Of a stretch of DNA of 18,978 bases, positions 15,244-18,978 are shown in pieces (within the stretch, counting starts at the first letter, position 1; every line of letters begins with the position of its first letter). The translations under genes and the position numbers were made by a program. Origin of the DNA: a virus (taxonomy: Duplodnaviria > Heunggongvirae > Uroviricota > Caudoviricetes); the IMG/VR virus record IMGVR_UViG_2657245081_000003. One strand, given 5' to 3'. The notes beneath the pieces were generated by a model. That model was not told the origin of the DNA and searched no databases. It worked only from the letters and a program-made list of their open reading frames with translations.

Positions 15244-15846
15244 TCATTCAGTATCATCACGCGCGGTCTGTGCATATGTCACTACCGCACCTAATATATT
15301 AATTTTCTTTTCAACATAGATAATATTATCGTACTCATAATTGCCATACGGATAGCAAATGCGAATATTCTCATGTAGATCGGGGTCATCCACCTCAGCT
15401 CCAGAACAACTTTTTGAACTACCGGAAGTATACCGATACGGTGCAACGTAAGACGATGTCTCTCCAGGCAAAAAATAAGTTAGTGTCGTAAGGGGTATAA
15501 TCAGAAAAAATCCAGCAAATATGCACATCCCTGCATAAACCTTAAGGTATGCTGACAGACTCTTCCAGCCGCTTTGTTTTACTATCCCCTTCTTAACCCA
15601 AAACAGAGATAACAGAAAAGCTATTCCCATGCTAAACAGAATGTAATAGTGGGATATACTCTGATTAAGAAACGTGACCCTGTAGATATCTGCCCGCCAC
15701 CAGAAGAAAAGGAAAATAAAGATCAGCCCTGAAACTGTCATGCAAATCAAATAAGGATACGAATCTTTTTTCATGTTTAGCGCCCATAAAATTTTTCCTG
15801 ACCCGGACAAATTTACCATCCATTTTTTGCGCAGAAAATAGCTCAT
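15244..15846 (-). CDS. Hypothetical membrane protein (about 3 TM helices plus a C-terminal soluble domain), AT-rich, opposite strand to the early-left operon; candidate exclusion/accessory gene
   Basis: Hydrophobic segments PYLICMTVSGLIFIFLFFWW, YYILFSMGIAFLLSLFWV and YAGMCIFAGFFLIIPLTTLTYFL. The exact start is uncertain (three in-frame ATGs, none with a strong SD). It occupies the place where lambda has ea22/ea8.5. Confidence 0.6.
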   Translation of the reverse strand: MSYFLRKKWMVNLSGSGKILWALNMKKDSYPYLICMTVSGLIFIFLFFWWRADIYRVTFLNQSISHYYILFSMGIAFLLSLFWVKKGIVKQSGWKSLSAYLKVYAGMCIFAGFFLIIPLTTLTYFLPGETSSYVAPYRYTSGSSKSCSGAEVDDPDLHENIRICYPYGNYEYDNIIYVEKKINILGAVVTYAQTARDDTE

Positions 15847-16051
15847 TACTTACTGCACAATAATACACAAAATTGCGTAAATTTTTTGCATGGATTTTAG
15901 CTCTTTCAGCCGACATTTAAGGGGTAAATAGCATTTCCTAAAAGCAACTGCACCAACCCAACAGAATGGGCTACCGCTTACGTTGAGAGCAAAAAAGTGT
16001 ATAGCAGCAATGAACAGCATCCTCGCACTGACGAGGATTTCTTTTATCTGA

Positions 16052-16073
16052 ACTCGCTACGGCGAGTTTTTTT
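16052..16073 (+). terminator. Rho-independent terminator-like hairpin (ACTCGC-tacg-GCGAGT + TTTTTTT)
   Basis: Read directly, in the non-coding remnant region between the membrane-protein gene and xis. Confidence 0.45.
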
Positions 16074-16245
16074 ATGGAGATGATAAATGCACTTCCGAGT
16101 CACAGGTGAATAGAATGGAGAACCATTCAACAGAGTTATCGAAGCCGAGAACATCAGCGACTGCTATGACCACTGGATGCTGTGGGCGCAGATAGCACAT
16201 GCAGACGTAACCAATATTCGAATTGAAGAACTGAAAGAACACCAA

Positions 16246-16267
16246 GCCGCCTGATGGCGGTTTTTTC
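16246..16267 (+). terminator. Rho-independent terminator-like hairpin (GCCGCC-tgat-GGCGGT + TTTTTTC) immediately upstream of xis
   Basis: Read directly; 6-bp stem including one G-U pair, followed by a T-tract. Confidence 0.5.
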
Positions 16268-16293
16268 TTGCGTGTAATTGCGGAGACTTTGCG

Positions 16294-16512
16294 ATGTACT
16301 TGACACTTCAGGAGTGGAACGCTCGCCAGCGACGCCCAAGAAGCCTTGAAACAGTTCGTCGATGGGTGCGCGAATGCAGGATATTCCCTCCTCCGGTTAA
16401 GGATGGAAGAGAATATCTGTTCCACGAATCAGCGGTAAAGGTTGACTTAAATCGACCAGTAACAGGTAGCCTTTTGAAGAGGATCAGAAATGGGAAGAAG
16501 GCGAAGTCATGA
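16294..16512 (+). CDS. xis: Excisionase Xis (lambda-type)
   Basis: Translation MYLTLQEWNARQRRPRSLETVRRWVRECRIFPPPVKDGREYLFHESAVKVDLNRPVTGSLLKRIRNGKKAKS is near-identical to lambda Xis from memory; overlaps the int start by 23 nt as in lambda. Confidence 0.95.
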   Translation: MYLTLQEWNARQRRPRSLETVRRWVRECRIFPPPVKDGREYLFHESAVKVDLNRPVTGSLLKRIRNGKKAKS

Positions 16513-17560
16513 GCGCCGGGATTTACCCCCTAACCTTTATATAAGAAACAATGGATATTACTGCTACAGGGACCCAAGGACGGGTAAAGAGTTTGGATTA
16601 GGCCGAGACAGGCGAATCGCAATCACTGAAGCTATACAGGCCAACATTGAGTTATTTTCAGGACACAAACACAAGCCTCTGACAGCGAGAATCAACAGTG
16701 ATAATTCCGTTACGTTACATTCATGGCTTGATCGCTACGAAAAAATCCTGGCCAGCAGAGGAATCAAGCAGAAGACACTCATAAATTACATGAGCAAAAT
16801 TAAAGCAATAAGGAGGGGTCTGCCTGATGCTCCACTTGAAGACATCACCACAAAAGAAATTGCGGCAATGCTCAATGGATACATAGACGAGGGCAAGGCG
16901 GCGTCAGCCAAGTTAATCAGATCAACACTGAGCGATGCATTCCGAGAGGCAATAGCTGAAGGCCATATAACAACAAACCCTGTCGCTGCCACTCGCGCAG
17001 CAAAATCAGAGGTAAGGAGATCAAGACTTACGGCTGACGAATACCTGAAAATTTATCAAGCAGCAGAATCATCACCATGTTGGCTCAGACTTGCAATGGA
17101 ACTGGCTGTTGTTACCGGGCAACGAGTTGGTGATTTATGCGAAATGAAGTGGTCTGATATCGTAGATGGATATCTTTATGTCGAGCAAAGCAAAACAGGC
17201 GTAAAAATTGCCATCCCAACAACATTGCATGTTGATGCTCTCGGGATATCAATGAAGGAAACACTTGATAAATGCAAAGAGATTCTTGGCGGAGAAACCA
17301 TAATTGCATCTACTCGTCGCGAACCGCTTTCATCCGGCACAGTATCAAGGTATTTTATGCGCGCACGAAAAGCATCAGGTCTTTCCTTCGAAGGGGATCC
17401 GCCTACCTTTCACGAGTTGCGCAGTTTGTCTGCAAGACTCTATGAGAAGCAGATAAGCGATAAGTTTGCTCAACATCTTCTCGGGCATAAGTCGGACACC
17501 ATGGCATCACAGTATCGTGATGACAGAGGCAGGGAGTGGGACAAAATTGAAATCAAATAA
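16490..17560 (+). CDS. int: Integrase Int (lambda-type tyrosine recombinase), intact
   Basis: The 356-aa translation MGRRRSHERRDLPPNLYIRNNGYYCYRDPRTGKEFGLGRDRRIAITEAIQANIELFSGHKHKPL... ...HLLGHKSDTMASQYRDDRGREWDKIEIK is essentially lambda Int. Confidence 0.97.
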   Translation: MGRRRSHERRDLPPNLYIRNNGYYCYRDPRTGKEFGLGRDRRIAITEAIQANIELFSGHKHKPLTARINSDNSVTLHSWLDRYEKILASRGIKQKTLINYMSKIKAIRRGLPDAPLEDITTKEIAAMLNGYIDEGKAASAKLIRSTLSDAFREAIAEGHITTNPVAATRAAKSEVRRSRLTADEYLKIYQAAESSPCWLRLAMELAVVTGQRVGDLCEMKWSDIVDGYLYVEQSKTGVKIAIPTTLHVDALGISMKETLDKCKEILGGETIIASTRREPLSSGTVSRYFMRARKASGLSFEGDPPTFHELRSLSARLYEKQISDKFAQHLLGHKSDTMASQYRDDRGREWDKIEIK

Positions 17561-17660
17561 TGATTTTATTTTGACTGATAGTGACCTGTTCGTTGCAACA
17601 AATTGATAAGCAATGCTTTTTTATAATGCCAACTTAGTATAAAAAAGCAGGCTTCAACGG
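17561..17660. other. attL: attL (B-O-P'): lambda P' arm and 15-bp core in reverse orientation, then host B arm
   Basis: Core TTAGTATAAAAAAGC at 17634-17648 is the reverse complement of the lambda core GCTTTTTTATACTAA. The preceding ~70 bp reverse-complement to the lambda P' arm (...GTTGGCATTATAAAAAAGCATTGCTTATCAATTTGTTGCAACGAACAGGTCACTATCAGTCAAAATAAAATCA) as recalled from memory. Confidence 0.85.
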
Positions 17661-17694
17661 ATTCATTTTTCTATTTCATAGCCCGGAGCAACCT

Positions 17695-18978
17695 GTGAAC
17701 ACATTTTCAGTTTCCCGTCTGGCGCTGGCATTGGCTTTTGGCGTGACGCTGACCGCCTGTAGCTCAACCCCGCCCGATCAACGTCCTTCTGATCAAACCG
17801 CGCCTGGTACCTCTTCTCGCCCGATTCTGTCGGCAAAAGAAGCGCAGAATTTCGATGCTCAACACTATTTTGCATCCCTGACACCAGGTGCTGCAGCGTG
17901 GAATCCTTCCCCGATTACCCTGCCTGCGCAACCTGACTTTGTTGTCGGCCCGGCGGGCACTCAAGGTGTAACGCATACCACGATTCAGGCGGCGGTAGAT
18001 GCGGCAATTATCAAGCGTACCAACAAGCGCCAGTATATTGCCGTGATGCCTGGTGAGTATCAGGGAACGGTATATGTCCCTGCCGCTCCGGGTGGAATTA
18101 CTCTGTACGGTACAGGTGAAAAACCGATTGATGTGAAGATTGGGCTTTCCCTTGATGGTGGCATGAGCCCTGCCGACTGGCGTCACGACGTCAACCCGCG
18201 CGGCAAATATATGCCAGGTAAACCAGCGTGGTATATGTACGATAGCTGCCAGAGCAAACGCAGCGACAGTATCGGTGTTCTCTGCTCTGCGGTCTTCTGG
18301 TCACAAAACAATGGCCTGCAACTGCAAAATCTGACCATCGAAAACACGCTGGGCGATAGCGTAGATGCAGGTAACCATCCGGCGGTGGCACTGCGTACTG
18401 ATGGTGACCAGGTACAGATTAACAACGTTAACATTCTCGGTCGTCAGAACACCTTCTTTGTCACCAACAGCGGTGTGCAGAACCGTCTGGAAACGAATCG
18501 TCAGCCGCGTACGCTGGTGACCAACAGCTACATTGAAGGGGATGTGGATATCGTTTCTGGTCGCGGCGCAGTGGTGTTCGATAACACCGAATTCCGCGTG
18601 GTGAACTCACGTACTCAGCAAGAAGCGTATGTGTTTGCACCGGCTACGCTGTCCAACATTTACTACGGTTTCCTCGCCGTAAACAGCCGTTTCAATGCTT
18701 TCGGTGATGGTGTGGCGCAACTGGGCCGCTCGCTGGATGTTGATGCCAATACCAACGGTCAGGTGGTGATCCGTGATAGCGCCATCAACGAAGGTTTTAA
18801 CACGGCTAAACCGTGGGCCGATGCGGTGATCTCTAATCGTCCGTTTGCGGGTAATACCGGCAGCGTAGATGATAACGACGAAATACAGCGCAATCTGAAT
18901 GACACTAACTACAACCGCATGTGGGAATACAATAACCGCGGCGTGGGTAGTAAAGTGGTTGCAGAGGCGAAGAAGTAA
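17695..18978 (+). CDS. ybhC: Host lipoprotein YbhC (pectinesterase-family acyl-CoA thioesterase), flanking lambda attB
   Basis: GTG start; translation MNTFSVSRLALALAFGVTLTACSSTPPDQ... has a lipobox LTAC; 427 aa; GC-rich host-like codon usage; recognised from memory as E. coli YbhC, the gene next to attB-lambda. Confidence 0.93.
   Translation: MNTFSVSRLALALAFGVTLTACSSTPPDQRPSDQTAPGTSSRPILSAKEAQNFDAQHYFASLTPGAAAWNPSPITLPAQPDFVVGPAGTQGVTHTTIQAAVDAAIIKRTNKRQYIAVMPGEYQGTVYVPAAPGGITLYGTGEKPIDVKIGLSLDGGMSPADWRHDVNPRGKYMPGKPAWYMYDSCQSKRSDSIGVLCSAVFWSQNNGLQLQNLTIENTLGDSVDAGNHPAVALRTDGDQVQINNVNILGRQNTFFVTNSGVQNRLETNRQPRTLVTNSYIEGDVDIVSGRGAVVFDNTEFRVVNSRTQQEAYVFAPATLSNIYYGFLAVNSRFNAFGDGVAQLGRSLDVDANTNGQVVIRDSAINEGFNTAKPWADAVISNRPFAGNTGSVDDNDEIQRNLNDTNYNRMWEYNNRGVGSKVVAEAKK

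Larger units (their letters stand above)
357..17648. mobile_element. Lambdoid prophage (mosaic: lambda-type int/xis/Red/P, non-lambda immunity region, phage-21/DLP12-type Q and lysis module), left end truncated by gap, right end at attL core
   Basis: Contiguous set of recognisable phage genes from Rz to int, ending at the lambda attachment core TTAGTATAAAAAAGC (reverse complement of GCTTTTTTATACTAA) at 17634-17648, with host ybhC immediately beyond. Confidence 0.9.

Noticed and set aside
15665-16425. ORFs 15665..15916 (-), 16072..16425 (-), 16154..16339 (-)
   Set aside because: 15665..15916 overlaps the start of the membrane-protein gene in another frame. The other two are antisense to xis and the terminator region; the + strand frames here are broken by stops (ea8.5-like remnant).
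16786-17309. ORFs 16786..16992 and 17112..17309 (-) inside int
   Set aside because: Antisense to an intact lambda integrase.
16294-17560. Possibility that this is the lambda-DE3 expression prophage (T7 RNA polymerase inserted in int)
   Set aside because: int is intact and uninterrupted, with no lacI/lacUV5/T7 gene 1 sequence in the window.
17663-18434. ORFs 17663..17884, 17764..18186, 18183..18434, 18191..18391 (-)
   Set aside because: Antisense to ybhC, a GC-rich host gene in which long antisense ORFs are expected by chance.

Overview
This window is almost entirely a mosaic lambdoid prophage integrated at the lambda attB site, with the host gene ybhC at the right end. It runs in inverted lambda map order, so the leftward (pL) operon and int/xis are on the + strand and the rightward (pR/late) genes on the - strand. 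Right to left: attL (B-O-P' with the lambda core), int, xis, an orf73/orf63/orf61/orf60a-like block, exo-bet-gam, an N-position gene, a lipoprotein at the rex position, cI / divergent cro, a CII-position regulator, O (with origin iterons), P, ren, an AT-rich opposite-strand cassette carrying an unrecognised 472-aa protein, a NinB/NinE/YbcO/RusA cluster, Q, an Lc/NmpC-type porin, and a phage-21-type lysis cassette (pinholin, SAR endolysin, Rz/Rz1). The prophage is interrupted by a 10-N gap at 347-356, and the lambda H tail tape-measure fragment to its left is in the wrong orientation for a contiguous prophage. The strongest candidates for undescribed accessory functions are the 472-aa protein (5520-6938), the lipoprotein downstream of cI (11170-11550) and an opposite-strand membrane protein near xis (15244-15846). 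All identifications come from reading the translations and sequence by eye; no searches were run.
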